Of a stretch of 64,000 bases of DNA, positions 25,548-38,101 are shown piece after piece. A program made the translations under genes and the position numbers. The DNA comes from Octopus vulgaris (lineage: Eukaryota). The notes under the pieces are model-generated. The model was not told the origin of the DNA, did no database searches, and saw only the letters and a list, made by a program, of their open reading frames with translations. The stretch is from NCBI GenBank assembly GCA_951406725.2, contig OX597814.1, positions 44,826,001-44,890,000 on the forward strand, read 5' to 3'. The first letter of the stretch is position 1. Each line of letters starts with the position of its first letter.

Positions 25548-26361
25548 GGATTTTCAATAAGACTTGTTACCTATCAAGTCTAATGAAACCCACCAAATTG
25601 TGGTGAATGGATATATTTGTTGGCGAACTCTATTACGTCACGCTCGGGTCCTATTTCGATTCAGATGCCTCGTCTTTAAACGTCTCATAATGTGTAATTT
25701 AGCACCAGTGCCTACTCAGGTAAACGGCATTTAACTGTCTTACTACATTCCGCTCCTATATTCATTAACCTGGGGACACTCAGCGTAGGTTGCAGCTCGT
25801 GTGAGGACTACAAATGTTAATTAACATAAACACCTCCATAAAGAAGAAATTTGTGTTGATTAATTGCTTTCATTGCGCAATAACAAATTCCAATATTAAT
25901 TGAACGATTAATTAAAAATGATGCAAGTATTGCCATTTGCGCACTAAAACAAATTTGAGCTTTGTTTTTGAACTGCCATTAAATAGTTTCAATTTAGTTC
26001 ACAGATACTAAAACCACATTATCTCTAACAAGCCAAAAATACATGAAAGTTCAAAACTGAAAACGCTTTAAATTTGTAATAAATATTTCTTCTATCTCAT
26101 TGCAATAAAGAAAAAACAAACTTCGTCCCCGTAAAACGAAACTTTTTTAGGTAGGCAGTTCAACGTTGATCACATTACCGCAGTAGATTGATGTTGTAAA
26201 TTAATGCCAGCTCGCTACATCACTCAGTTCTAAATATAATTTTTAAAAAAACAAGTGGGGTTCTAAAAACTTGTTCGTCCAAATTTCATTCCAAAATTTA
26301 TTAAATTTCAAAATTTTAATCATCGTTCTGAGAACAATCTAAACCAAATGGAGATAGATGT

Positions 26362-26580
26362 TACCAGGAGATAGTGAAAAGTTCCTGGCTTTGGGTAAAA
26401 GAAAATACAAGAAGCAGTTAATTACCATTTTATTCAATGTATCCCCCTCTCGGATTCCGAGAGTTATTGCAACAATCATTCAGTTTTTCTAAACCCTGTA
26501 AAAGAATTTGGAAGGTCACGTCTCAAACCAGGCCCTTCGCGAAACCCTTAAAGCCAGAAACTTTTCAGCACCACCTCGTA
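26362..26580. mobile_element. Mariner-derived MITE, about 220 bp
   Basis: Imperfect TIRs taccaggagatagtgaaaagttcctggcttt / aaagccagaaacttttcagcaccacctcgta, with TA at the ends. Confidence 0.75.
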
Positions 26581-26584
26581 TATA

Positions 26585-27013
26585 TCTCTCTATATATAAA
26601 CGGCAGTTTGTCTGTCTGTGTGTCTGTGTGTCTGTCAGGTTGTACCCTCACCCTGACCACGGCTTTCAACCGATTCTAATGAAACTTGACACACACATAG
26701 CCCAATGTCATAATTCAAAACTAACGCAGCGAAAATTTTGAAAAGTTCTCCCAATTCTAAAAAAAATCGATAAATTCGACATGGGGTCGAGAATCTAAGC
26801 TTTTTATATGCAACACATTTTCTGTCTAGGGGACACAACTCGACAGCTAGAGACAGCTAGGAACATCGTATACAGAGAAGTATTCGAGTGAAGAGAAGAC
26901 ATTGCAACCTACACATGCGCCTTCGTTCCCTAGAGGGAAAGGACTAGATTGGGATTAGTCGTTGCCTACTAGGGGCTCTTACATACCCGGTAAACGCCGG
27001 GCTATGCTGCTAG
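26585..27013 (+). mobile_element. Non-autonomous Helitron
   Basis: 5' A|TC (tctctctatatataaac), internal (tgtc)n, subterminal hairpin cccgg-taaacg-ccggg (26986-27001), 3' CTAG|T at 27010-27014, no TSD. Confidence 0.85.
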
Positions 27014-28367
27014 TACTGAATATAATTGTTTCATTGTATAAAATACATTTACCAAGAATCCGTTCGCCGATACTTACTATGTCAAAAACGCTTCTGTAAT
27101 ATAAAGTCTATAGAATAAAACAGCGAGAAAAGGAGTAACATTTTCAAGTTGAAAAAATATGATATTGGAAGACATTTATCAATTTCTGGAAATTTGTGAA
27201 TATATAATATTCGATAGTTTTTAATGAAAAATCACTTCGTAATCTTTGCTTGTGTTGACTTCATGATTCTTTCTACATTTTTTATACCAGGAGAATTTTT
27301 TAAAAAATATGAATGGTGTAAACATAATAAATTGCAAGATATACATATACACAGACACACATAAACATATATGCGTATGTATATATATATAGAAATACAG
27401 CAGGATATCCACAGATATATTTTATGTATTGCAACTACATATGTCCACATATGTATCTCTCTGTTTCTCCTTCTTTCTCTCTTTCTTTTTCTTTTTCTCC
27501 CTTTTCCTATACATACATACGTACATACACATATAAACAGACACCAATAATCCATATATATATTTATTTTATGTTTTACTAAATACAAAACTTATATCCA
27601 CCTCGAGAATATATTAAAATTGTAAAAATATAGACCTAAAAACGACCATCAATATCAATGTATGTAAATCATCCGACTGATAAACACACTCACACTTTCG
27701 TAAGCATATTTGCATATTTTAATATAATATACTATTAAGCAAATCATTCTTCATAGAGAAAGATGTTCTTTCTCTCGCAGATACATACAAAACAGCTTGT
27801 AGATACAAAATAACAATGAAATATGTATTCGCATAACAGGAGGCTAGCTCACTCACGCTGAATTACTCATCCACTACAAATTAATGCATAAATATATAGA
27901 CATATACATACATACATGCACTGAGACATATATTTGTATTACAAACGTCATTATCTTGGTACTTCTATTTGTCGCACACACATTTACGCTCTAACACATG
28001 GTGACACATACACACACTTACATATATATACACAAACCTATATTGTGTTAAAAAGAAAAATGTTACATTAGAGCCAAAACGTACGTATATGGATATGTAT
28101 AAATAACCAACTAATAGAAATTCAATGCATGCATACACGAATGTGAGTGTGCATATATATATATATATATACATAAAAAAGGCATGCATACGTAATTAAC
28201 ATATAAATATGTATATGCATGGAGACACAAATTTATACACATACACACATACACACACTCACCCATCTATAGATGTATCTACGTATATATATGTGTATAT
28301 ATATATAAATATATATATATAAATACGTACGTATATATGTGTATGTATATATACATATATATATATA

Positions 28368-28759
28368 CTCTTTTGTTTGTTTCAGTCATTTGACTGCGGC
28401 CATGCTGGAGCACCACCTTTAGTCGAGCAAATCGACCCCAGGACTTATTCTTTGTAAGCCCAGTACTTATTCTATCGGTCTCTTTTGCCGAACCGCTAAG
28501 TGACGGGGACGTAAACACATCAACATCGGTTGTCAAGCAATGCTAGGGGAACAAACACAGACACACAAATACATAGACACACACACACACACATATATAT
28601 ATACATATATACGACAGGTTTCTTTCAGTTTCCGTCTACCAAATCCACTCACAAGGCATTGGTCAGCCCGGGGTTATAGCAGAAGACACTTGCCCAAGAT
28701 GCCACGCAGTGGGACTGAACCCAGAACCATGTGGTTGGTTAGCAAGCTACTTACCACAC
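28368..28759 (-). mobile_element. Family A SINE
   Basis: Reverse complement of 48761-49158; slightly 5'-truncated. Confidence 0.92.
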
Positions 28760-28773
28760 TATGTATGTATATC

Positions 28774-28822
<49 letters not shown>

Positions 28823-28881
28823 GTAGGAAAATTGAATAGGGAGGAGAACTCTCGGAATGTTGTTAAACCATTTATCTTAAA

Positions 28882-28970
28882 TTCTTCTACATATGTTTCG
28901 ACGGATGCTCTCCAAAAATGTCCGACAGGATAAACTATGGTCAGCAATGCATCAAACTCATCTGAAAGGA
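28882..28970 (-). ncRNA. Type I hammerhead ribozyme-like motif (core lesion CAGAUGA)
   Basis: Minus strand uuu-CAGAUGA-g..gaugc..gcauc..c-GAAAC-auau-GUA-gaag. Confidence 0.55.
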
Positions 28971-29160
28971 TATGAAAAGCAAACTTATCAAACAGACATG
29001 TTAACAGAAATAGAAAGTCCTATAAAATGTAACGTAATTATATTCATATGCACACACGCGTACACACACTCAAATATGTGACGTGTAAGTATAAACATTA
29101 TATACCTACAAAAAACAAAAAACCACAGACGTATACTGTTTGATGAGTTTGTTATTTATA

Positions 29161-29248
29161 TCTTTCCTGATGATTTTGATGCATTGCTGACCATAATTTA
29201 TCCTGTCGGACATTTTGGAAGGCATCCCTCAAAACACGTGTAGAAGAC
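29161..29248 (+). ncRNA. Type I hammerhead ribozyme-like motif (core lesion AAAAC)
   Basis: ucuuuc-CUGAUGA(29167-29173)-..gaugc..gcauc..c-AAAAC-acgu-GUA(29240-29242)-gaagac. Confidence 0.55.
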
Positions 29249-29391
29249 TTCACGATATAAATGGTTTGACAACATCCCGAGCGTTCGTCTCCTTATTCAA
29301 TTTTCCTATTTTCTACTAAATACGACTTACTATCCTGGATTTTAATCCTGCGAAACTTAAGCAACATTTGACTACCCTGGATTTTTGCTTT

Positions 29392-29429
<38 letters not shown>

Positions 29430-29437
<8 letters not shown>

Positions 29438-29945
29438 TATCTTTTTCCCTCGCTTGTTATTCATCCTTCTGGTTTTCTCTCCCACCCTTCCCTATTCTTC
29501 TCATCTCCCCTTCACCGTTCCCTCTCTCTTACTCCTCCTCCTCCTCGATTCTCTCGTCGCTGACACGTGATCAGAGGGTAGCCATCTTTCCGACTACTAT
29601 TTTCTCCAAGACCAAACCAGCTTACCTGTCTGTCTTTTACTGTTTTTACTGTTTTGTTCTTATTGTCTTGTCCTTGTTATCACTTTCACCCTCCGCAAAA
29701 AATCCCAAATATTATTTAATTTGCTTTGCGGGAAGGACTGTTTCAACGAAGTCGCGTCTTGTCCTTACCTTCGAACACGGAGTATATGAAACAGGAACAA
29801 CTGAAGAAGAGGATTATTCCGTGTGTTGTATGTCTCGTTTCTCTGTGTTTTCCTTTGTTTAAAAAAAAGGTTCGTTTCTATGTTTTTGTTTTTATGTTTT
29901 CGTTTCTCGTTGTGTTCAACGATTTTTTTGATGTCCTGTAACCAT
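29430..29945 (+). repeat. Unclassified interspersed repeat (family D), pyrimidine-rich, bounded by (TA)n
   Basis: ctctcgtcgctgacacgtgatca..ccatctttc and terminal gatgtcctgta match the reverse complement of 51998-52560. Confidence 0.65.
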
Positions 29946-30041
29946 ATGTGCATGTATATATAGATATATATGTAGGTATGTACATATATGTATGTATATA
30001 TACATATATTATATATTATTTATATATATATATATATATAT

Positions 30042-30130
<89 letters not shown>

Positions 30131-31364
30131 TATATTGTATGTGTATATAAGATATATTTATGTGGAGGGTTCGGTGAAGGTAATTGTTCTTACTTTAGAT
30201 TTTGTGGAGGCGGAGGTAGCGTTTCTGTGATATGATTCCATTTATCTAAAAAAATGGTATGTTTATTGCTAATCTAAAACAAGTCTTGAACTATAACTTT
30301 TATAAGTACTGCCAATATCTAGGGATACCCTTCTACATATATCTATCACAATATGCACACAAGCTTAAATAACATCATATAGGAATTGGAACATCTGTCT
30401 TTGTGACTTAATGTCATAAGCAAGTCAGGTTTCTCTCAAAACCTCAAAATCAGGAATTATCAAAGACTGGAACCAAGTAACTCTCACTTTGCAAGTACAA
30501 TCTATAACTGAAACTATAACGATATTTCTGATGTCTCTAAAATCCAGTTTATACCCGTTCACCATTTCTTTAAATAATAGCGATGGCGGAGCGGTTCGCA
30601 GTTAGAAATTATAATTTCCTTTACAGGAAGAATCCAAATAGTCAATAATAAAACCTTACACACACATGCGCGCGCACACACTTAGATACACGCACATGCA
30701 CAAACACATACACACGCATAAACACACATACATATATATATATACACACGCAGAAATACACACACACACATATATATACACATACTGACGCGCGCGCACA
30801 CGCATATACACACAGACATACAGACTCACTCACGCACACAGAAACATATATACTTCGTGAATTTAAATCCATATTTTGATTTATATGTTCCACTTGAGAT
30901 CAATGTAATAAAATACATGTGCGTGCCTCTGTGTGAGTGAGTGTGTGTGTGTGTGTGCGTGTACGTGTGTATGTGTGTGTGTGTATGTCTGTGTCTGTGT
31001 GTCTGTATGTATGTGGAGAGCGAGAGTGAGTGAGAGAGACTGTGAGATAGAGACAGAGACTGACACACAGACAAAAAATTAGAATCAGAGATAAACAATC
31101 CGGATATCATAGCAGATACAAGGAAAGCCAAATTAACTTCGGTATTCGTCCTTGTCGACGTAGTGTTAAAGGACACAAAAATATGCCACTCAGAGACGAA
31201 AATCAGCAACGGTGGTGATGTCGCTTCTTTGAGCTTCGTCAGTAGTATGTACGCACTTGCAACCGTATGCTAACACACAATCTATCGTCACTAATATAGA
31301 AAGAGCAGTGGTTGAAAATTCAGTGGTGCTGCAATTAGCCGTCTCTGAATAAAAAGTTTGTTGT

Positions 31365-32285
31365 GTGCAACAAAAGCAGTATTCATTTAAAATAGCAATC
31401 TATGTATCAAGCTTACTGCAGCTGCATGTACTACAAAAATCTAAACAAAATTGGTCTGAGAATGAAATAGACCTTCTGTTAAATTCATGGTACCGTCCTG
31501 CCCAAACGGAAAACAGAGACACATCATGCCTCGACCTAATAGCCAGCCGTTACAATACAACTTTTCAGAAATTGCTCCGAGTTGCAGATTCAAAACAAAC
31601 TTCAACAAATTGAGATGGCATTTAAATTAATTAATATACATTTTGAAAAACTCCAACGTGTTTTCTCTTCAAATACTGGTCAACACCAGCAACAACCACC
31701 ACCACGGCAACAACAACAACAACCATGGTAACAACAGCAAACACCTCGGCAACAACAACACCCACTACAGCAGCAACAACAACCATCACAGCAACAACAA
31801 CGACCACCTCAGCAAAAACAACAATCCCCACAGCAACAACAATCACCACAGCAAGAACAACTAACCCAGCCTCAACCTTTAACACTCCTTAATTCAACCA
31901 CAATTTATGACCTACACAACGAAACGGTCTACTGCTCAGATTCGAGCTGTTCACATCCCATTCAACCAGAGTTTGATACCCACCCTTCAAATCTTCATCA
32001 GCAGCGACAATTATAGCAACATGAATCACAACAACATCAACAACTACAGCTACAACAACCACCTCAAAAACAGCAACAGACACAGCTTCAACCTGCTACT
32101 ATCCCAGTTTTTGATCAACCACCTAAATGCTTATTTGAAGACCGCTTAATGAATTTGCCAAACACAAATTAACGCAAATTAAAATCTATGCCTGTCACAG
32201 CCTACACACAAAACGCCAAAATATGCCGCTATTCACCGCGCAAGAGACTGTGTGTACTGACACTGATTGCAAATTTACTAATTTA
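31365..32285 (+). pseudogene. Probable LINE ORF1 remnant with Q/P-rich (CAA-degenerate) tract and CCCH finger
   Basis: One frame reads QQQQRPPQQKQQSPQQQQSPQQEQLTQPQPLTLLNSTTIYDLHNETVY.. with in-frame stops, then PKICRYSPRKRLC/TDCKF at about 32215-32280. It is co-oriented with the CR1-like 3' end just downstream. Confidence 0.45.
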
Positions 32286-32559
32286 TCAGGGACTAGACGC
32301 TCAGGATCTTTTCACTTTCGAAGCCTGGTTTGTCAAATTTTTCCTACTTAACCAAACAATTTGAAACTTCGTATACTGGTAGAATGTGTCAAAAGAAAAC
32401 TTAATTGTAAACCAGAATGAAAACGGAATTGTAATTTCTAAGTTTAACATTGTTTAATAATTAGAATTTTAACAACAGCCGCTACCACCAAAGTGCACAA
32501 TCTAAAACAACGCCACTACCACCACTGCCACCACCTTCACCAAATACTAAATCCAATTT

Positions 32560-33270
32560 GTTGATAAGCTGGAGTAACCACGTAAACAGTAAGGTTGACT
32601 TGGCCCGCATGATGTGCTCCTGCTATCTGAGAACTTTCCGGTCTAGAGATGCCTACACCATCATCTTTCTCTATTCTATTTTTGCTCGACCCCACCTTGA
32701 ATTCTATTGCCCACTGTGGTCCCCCCATACGTAGGAACTCATTATGTAAGTAGAAGCACTCCAGAGGTCAATAACAAGAAAGATAGACGGCATGAGAGAC
32801 ATTGACTCAATCTCTACTCTCTCCAACGCCGCCGGGAGCGCTACATCATTTGCGTGATGTGGAAAATATTCCATCAATATTGCACAAATGATGTTGACAT
32901 CAATTTTAAAATCCATTCAAGAATTGGCTCCGTGCTATCCGCCCACTACAAAAATCGAACTCGGCACACATAGTAACATTACGTCACAATTACTTTAGCT
33001 CAACCGATCCAACTCTCTTTAATATCGTACCAAAATACGTCAAAATGGAAACGAATCCCATAAAATTCAAATGTTCACTGGACAAATTTCTTCAAAAAAT
33101 CCCGCCCCAACCTCCTACATCCGGATATGTCTCCTACAATAATAACTCTTTGCTAGAGTGGGCCATGGTGCCCCATATATGATTAAAAGACTCCACCAGG
33201 TGGTGCTATTAAGTTAAATATGGCCTAGGCCTATACTGGCCGAAACCTTTCAAAGTTATCAAAGTTAAAT
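32560..33270 (+). mobile_element. CR1/L2-group LINE 3' end
   Basis: SWSNHVNSKVDLARMMCSCYLRTFRSRD, RPHLEFYCPLWSP, SLQRRRERYII, LFNIVPKYVK..FKCSLDKFLQKIPPQP..GYVSYNNNSLLEW; tandem tail tcaaagttatcaaagtta. Confidence 0.88.
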
Positions 33271-33503
33271 GTATGTATGTATGTATCTATCTAACTATTT
33301 AGCTATCAACCCCTCTACATATGTGAGCGTGTGTGCGTGTATGTGTGTGTGTGTGTGTGTCTGTGTGTTTGTGTGTTCAAATTTAACTCGTGATGCAAAC
33401 CGTCAGTATTGTCCCCTATTTCAGAATTTTACTCCATGTCAGACGTTTACTGATCAGATGTGTTAATCTTCCATGAGTTATTAGACACATTCATTCCAGA
33501 GAT

Positions 33504-33557
<54 letters not shown>

Positions 33558-33869
33558 TGAGTTTCTAGGGTAAATTAATTTGATAATCGGGTATTCCGGA
33601 AGATACAGCTTTGGCCATACATACAAAGGAGTATATATCTGCAAAGAGGCAGAAGAGGTAGTTGCTGGAACAAGATACTCTTTTCTTCTTTACTGTTGTA
33701 TAATAGCCTTTTGACATATTTATTTAACTGTAATATTCACTCTTCACGACTATGAAAATTTTTTTCTATAAAATTCATATGTTCGCGTACTTATGTTTCT
33801 GCTTGTTTGAGGGATGGGGGCGACGGTATACTATGCTACTGCCAAATTCCAAGTAAATTGTCAGCCTAA

Positions 33870-34300
33870 AATGATAAGCGCTTATTCAAAATTTGCCACC
33901 GAATTCAAGGCCTTACAATTTCTGGAACGCTACAGCACCTGCAGACTCAAACATCTTAGACTGAATACAAAGAAAGCCATTCGACTAATTCGCAAAAGTT
34001 GAATAATAAGAAGGTTTCAATAATTAGATTATTTGATCTCTCTTCTAACTGTCTCTGCTTTTGCAGCTACTATGATGTCTCTTTATACATTTGTAGATAT
34101 CAACATTCACAGTATTTTTTCTCCGAGCACTAAGCGGAACTTTTGATGCTTTGAGCAAAAATATTTCAAATTCAAAGATACAGCCTGGCGTTCAGACTTA
34201 CATGCTGCTTACCAGGCACACGTTTTCAATTAAAAAGTGCTTTTGTGCTGAGTATTTCATGAAAATTTATAATAAACTGCAAACATCAGTCTACATTCTT
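33870..34300 (+). mobile_element. Decayed Jockey/CR1-like LINE C-terminal fragment
   Basis: FWNATAPADSNILD*IQ / KAIRLI resembles HIWxGAxxxxLxxLDxIQxKAIRLI. Confidence 0.4.
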
Positions 34301-34609
34301 ATCAACATTCGTTTTGTTGATAATGAAAGAACTCTTTTTAATCGTTTTAGGTGTGAAACACGATATCTAAGATAAAACCAGTTTCCAGTCTTGATTAGCC
34401 CGTATTTTACACACTCATACACGTGCGCGCACATACACACACACACATGCACACACACATATATGTATGTATATATAGGCACACACATATGTATGGATGT
34501 ATGTATAGACACACACACACACACACACACATACATATATATATACATATATATAGACATGCACACATATGTATGCATGTATAGACACGCACATGTATGT
34601 ATGTATATG

Positions 34610-34636
34610 TAGACAGACAGACAGGCAGGTAAATAA

Positions 34637-34725
<89 letters not shown>

Positions 34726-34746
34726 TAGATAGATAATAGATAGATG

Positions 34747-34826
<80 letters not shown>
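34610..34826. repeat. Compound (GATA)n/(GACA)n microsatellite
   Basis: Direct reading. Confidence 0.95.
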
Positions 34827-34827
<1 letters not shown>

Positions 34828-36769
34828 ATTAAGGGTTACATGTGATTTCTTTTAGAACGAAAGTGGGGTATGTTTGGGTGTTATGTGTAGCAGCACAAGC
34901 AACGCTATAAAGGCTTTGGTATAATGTTTTTGTGCATAGCATTTCATACCCCCTCAGACTTTCTTTAAACACTGTATCTTAGATTACATTATGCGATGAG
35001 TTTTAAGACGGTTACGTATAACTTGAGAAATATTTAGCTTCTATTTTTATTCAGTCGTTTGATCACAAGAGGGATATCTTCGTATAATTAACAGAATATC
35101 CATCAACTATTCCAGGTGCTTGTATTGTTTTGATTCATTCCTGATAAAAGTTAATACTGTACCCAGTAGGATTAATAACAACATAAGGCACAAAGCAAAA
35201 TACTTTTATGTTATCAAATCCAGAGCTGTTGCATTGCTGTTGCAACTCATATAAATTGGTATCTTTAGACTAGGTAGAGGGCAACATTTCATGGGAAATA
35301 TAGTAGATTGAATGAATCCCAGAATACCACTAGAATTTCTTCTATCGATTCTAGAACGATGGGAGGCAAATTCACGTCTGCAACATTTGAACTCATGGCA
35401 TAAAGTATGTGTGATATATTTATCTAGACCGCCTACTGTTTCCTCCTCTCATTCATTGTAACAAGTGTTATATATTAACAAGTGCATTGATTGAAATTGG
35501 TTTCAGCTATATATAAAAGCTATCGTTCTGTTAATGTTATTAATGCCATTATTCCCCACTATCATTATATACTGGAAATTTTATTCTTAAACATGTGTAT
35601 TCTAGCGGCTCGTTCGTACTAATCTCTAGGTAAGGGTTAAAGAAATCTAATTTCATGGTTAATGATTCTTCCAATTTTAAGGTGGAAGGCAATCGATAAA
35701 CACAGAGGTAATCTATTCTCACAAGTAATGTGGGCTAGTCGCTCTATAATTATTTCCAACTCATGATTATCTTTGGCATTCATGTTTTTATAAGAATATC
35801 AACACCATTGTAGAATTTACCATGAGAGAATTTACCGACCTGGAAAATAGATAGTGAAGCCACTGAAATGAAGCCGCTACAGAAACGGATGTGATCCGGT
35901 GTGATATGAGTAACTCTATTTCTACTGTGATTATAAATTACAGATAATCAGTAACTCTATGTTGTTAGGATTCAGAAATTATATAAGTAGTTAAATAATT
36001 AACTTACTGTTTGTCATAGAATAGCCTCAGAAAAGAAGCATATTTATTAAATGGTAGTTGACATCAATGTGAAGGCAACGTACACACTTTTACATTAGTA
36101 ATTAACTGATATCCAAAATTAGTGCCAGAGAAATAATTCTATGTCAAGAATATGGTCTATGTCAGATTCTTCTTTGAGATCGTATAATGTATAGCTTTTT
36201 CATTGAGCTTTCCTAATCTATAGGCTTCTATCGAGACACAAGCTCATTGAGAACATTAAATGAGCAATTCTAGCCAATGAGTATTACAAGCTGAGTATTA
36301 CTAATTATTATCACCACGTAAATTGTTGTGATGTATCACATAGTGTCAGTTTATAATAATTGTGACAGATGCAATGATACTTATCTTAGATATTCTAACG
36401 GGTAACTCTCACCTTGACACAGGAGATCTTAGTAATTCAGTAACTAAAAATGTATATCTTTTTATTTTTGTGGTACTATTAAGTGCTAATTGCATTAGCA
36501 TTATTAATGATCACAGCATGTTGGAAGTAGTGAGAAAGAAACTAATTTGCATAGAGAAAAATAGGATGTCTTTAAATAATACAGATGCTAATCAAAAATA
36601 AAAACAAACAACCTGGATATTTGTGGGAAATCAATGAATGCTATAACGTTCCATTTTACAATTCTTAACATTGCCGGGTCTTATGATTAGAAACAAGACA
36701 GGAAACCAACAAAGAATACTAGTCCAGAATTATAAAATAACCCTTAATAACAATTAAATTTGTTATCGT

Positions 36770-36845
36770 TCAGGTCACTGCTTGGAATCGAACTCGGAAT
36801 CTTGGGGCTAGTAGCCCGCGCTCTTAACTACTACACCATATGCCC
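36770..36845 (-). mobile_element. tRNA-like SINE head or tRNA pseudogene
   Basis: gggcatatggtgtagtagttaagagc (A box) ... gagttcgattcc (B box); acceptor and anticodon stems do not pair properly. Confidence 0.65.
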
Positions 36846-36854
36846 GTGACGTGA

Positions 36855-36874
36855 ATAATAATAATAATAATAAT

Positions 36875-36963
<89 letters not shown>
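36855..36963. repeat. (AAT)n(AAC)n microsatellite
   Basis: Direct reading. Confidence 0.95.
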
Positions 36964-37943
36964 GAATAGAATTTGTATTCCTAAATGTAAGCATTTGTCA
37001 TCACATTTTTATGAAGTTATAATCACCATACATCGGCGTTTATCTATCTACTGTTAAATGAAAGGAGTTATAAAAGAATTTAGTATTTAAAAATATTACG
37101 CAAGTATTATATTGAATTAAAACGTTTTTTTCATGTACATTGAGTAGCTATTTAACCATTATTTTAAATGAAAACACATTCGTCCACCATCAACTGGTAA
37201 TTCTTCGGGAATTCATAAACACTGCGATTAATGAATTGCATTCCTAATGTAAAACATAGTTTAATCCTTAACGTTTCAAAACAATTTCGTTTCTATAAAT
37301 GACGTTTAACGATATTCGAAGGGTGTTTGGAAGGCAAGAGAAGCGATATTGTCAAATTCTCGCCCCATTTACTCTCTCTCTCTGTCTCCCCATCTCTCTC
37401 TATGTATATATGTATGTATGTATGCATGTATATATATGGGGGCGTGTGTGTATATATATACATATATACACACACTTACACACACATATGTATATGTCAA
37501 TATTTAGGTCTAGAAAAGCACCCAAAAGAGTATTTGGGCTTTATTTTTTTTCCCTTTGGCCTGCAGGCTCATGGGGCCGCAACATTTCGCGATTTCAGTG
37601 AAGTATAAGTTGCAGAAAACAGGAGACTACACACTAGAGGGGACATCATTCTACTACAAGGTTAATACTTAAGCTACTGATGGTATTGATTTCAGTTTAG
37701 TAGACTAAAGGAAGGTAGAAGGAAGTGAAATGCCTTGCTCAAAGATGTAACATTTTACCATGCCTGGAAATTGAAACCACGATTTCACACACAAAAGGTC
37801 AAAAGCCTAGCCACTTTTTAAAATCAAATTTTGATTGAAATTAACCCTATTTTCTACTGTGAACATTAATTCCTTAATTTATTACTCCCAAAGTTTACGA
37901 AATAGCGAGTGATTACGTAAGAGAATAATATAAACGTTGTATC

Positions 37944-37991
<48 letters not shown>

Positions 37992-38022
37992 GCGCGCATA
38001 CACATATGTATATGTCAATATA

Positions 38023-38101
<79 letters not shown>

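Larger units (their letters stand above)
28824..29309. repeat. Diverged inverted repeat (arms of about 170 bp), probably Penelope-like pseudo-LTR pair
   Basis: About 28824-28996 is the imperfect reverse complement of about 29136-29309 (taggaaaattgaata.. / ..tattcaattttccta). Confidence 0.88.

Noticed and set aside
31679-31890. Thr-rich mucin-like reading frame as a host exon
   Set aside because: It ends in a stop, has no convincing splice context, and is better explained as a degenerate CAA tract within a LINE remnant.
36770-36845. Functional tRNA gene
   Set aside because: A and B boxes are present but the cloverleaf stems do not pair; a SINE head is more likely.
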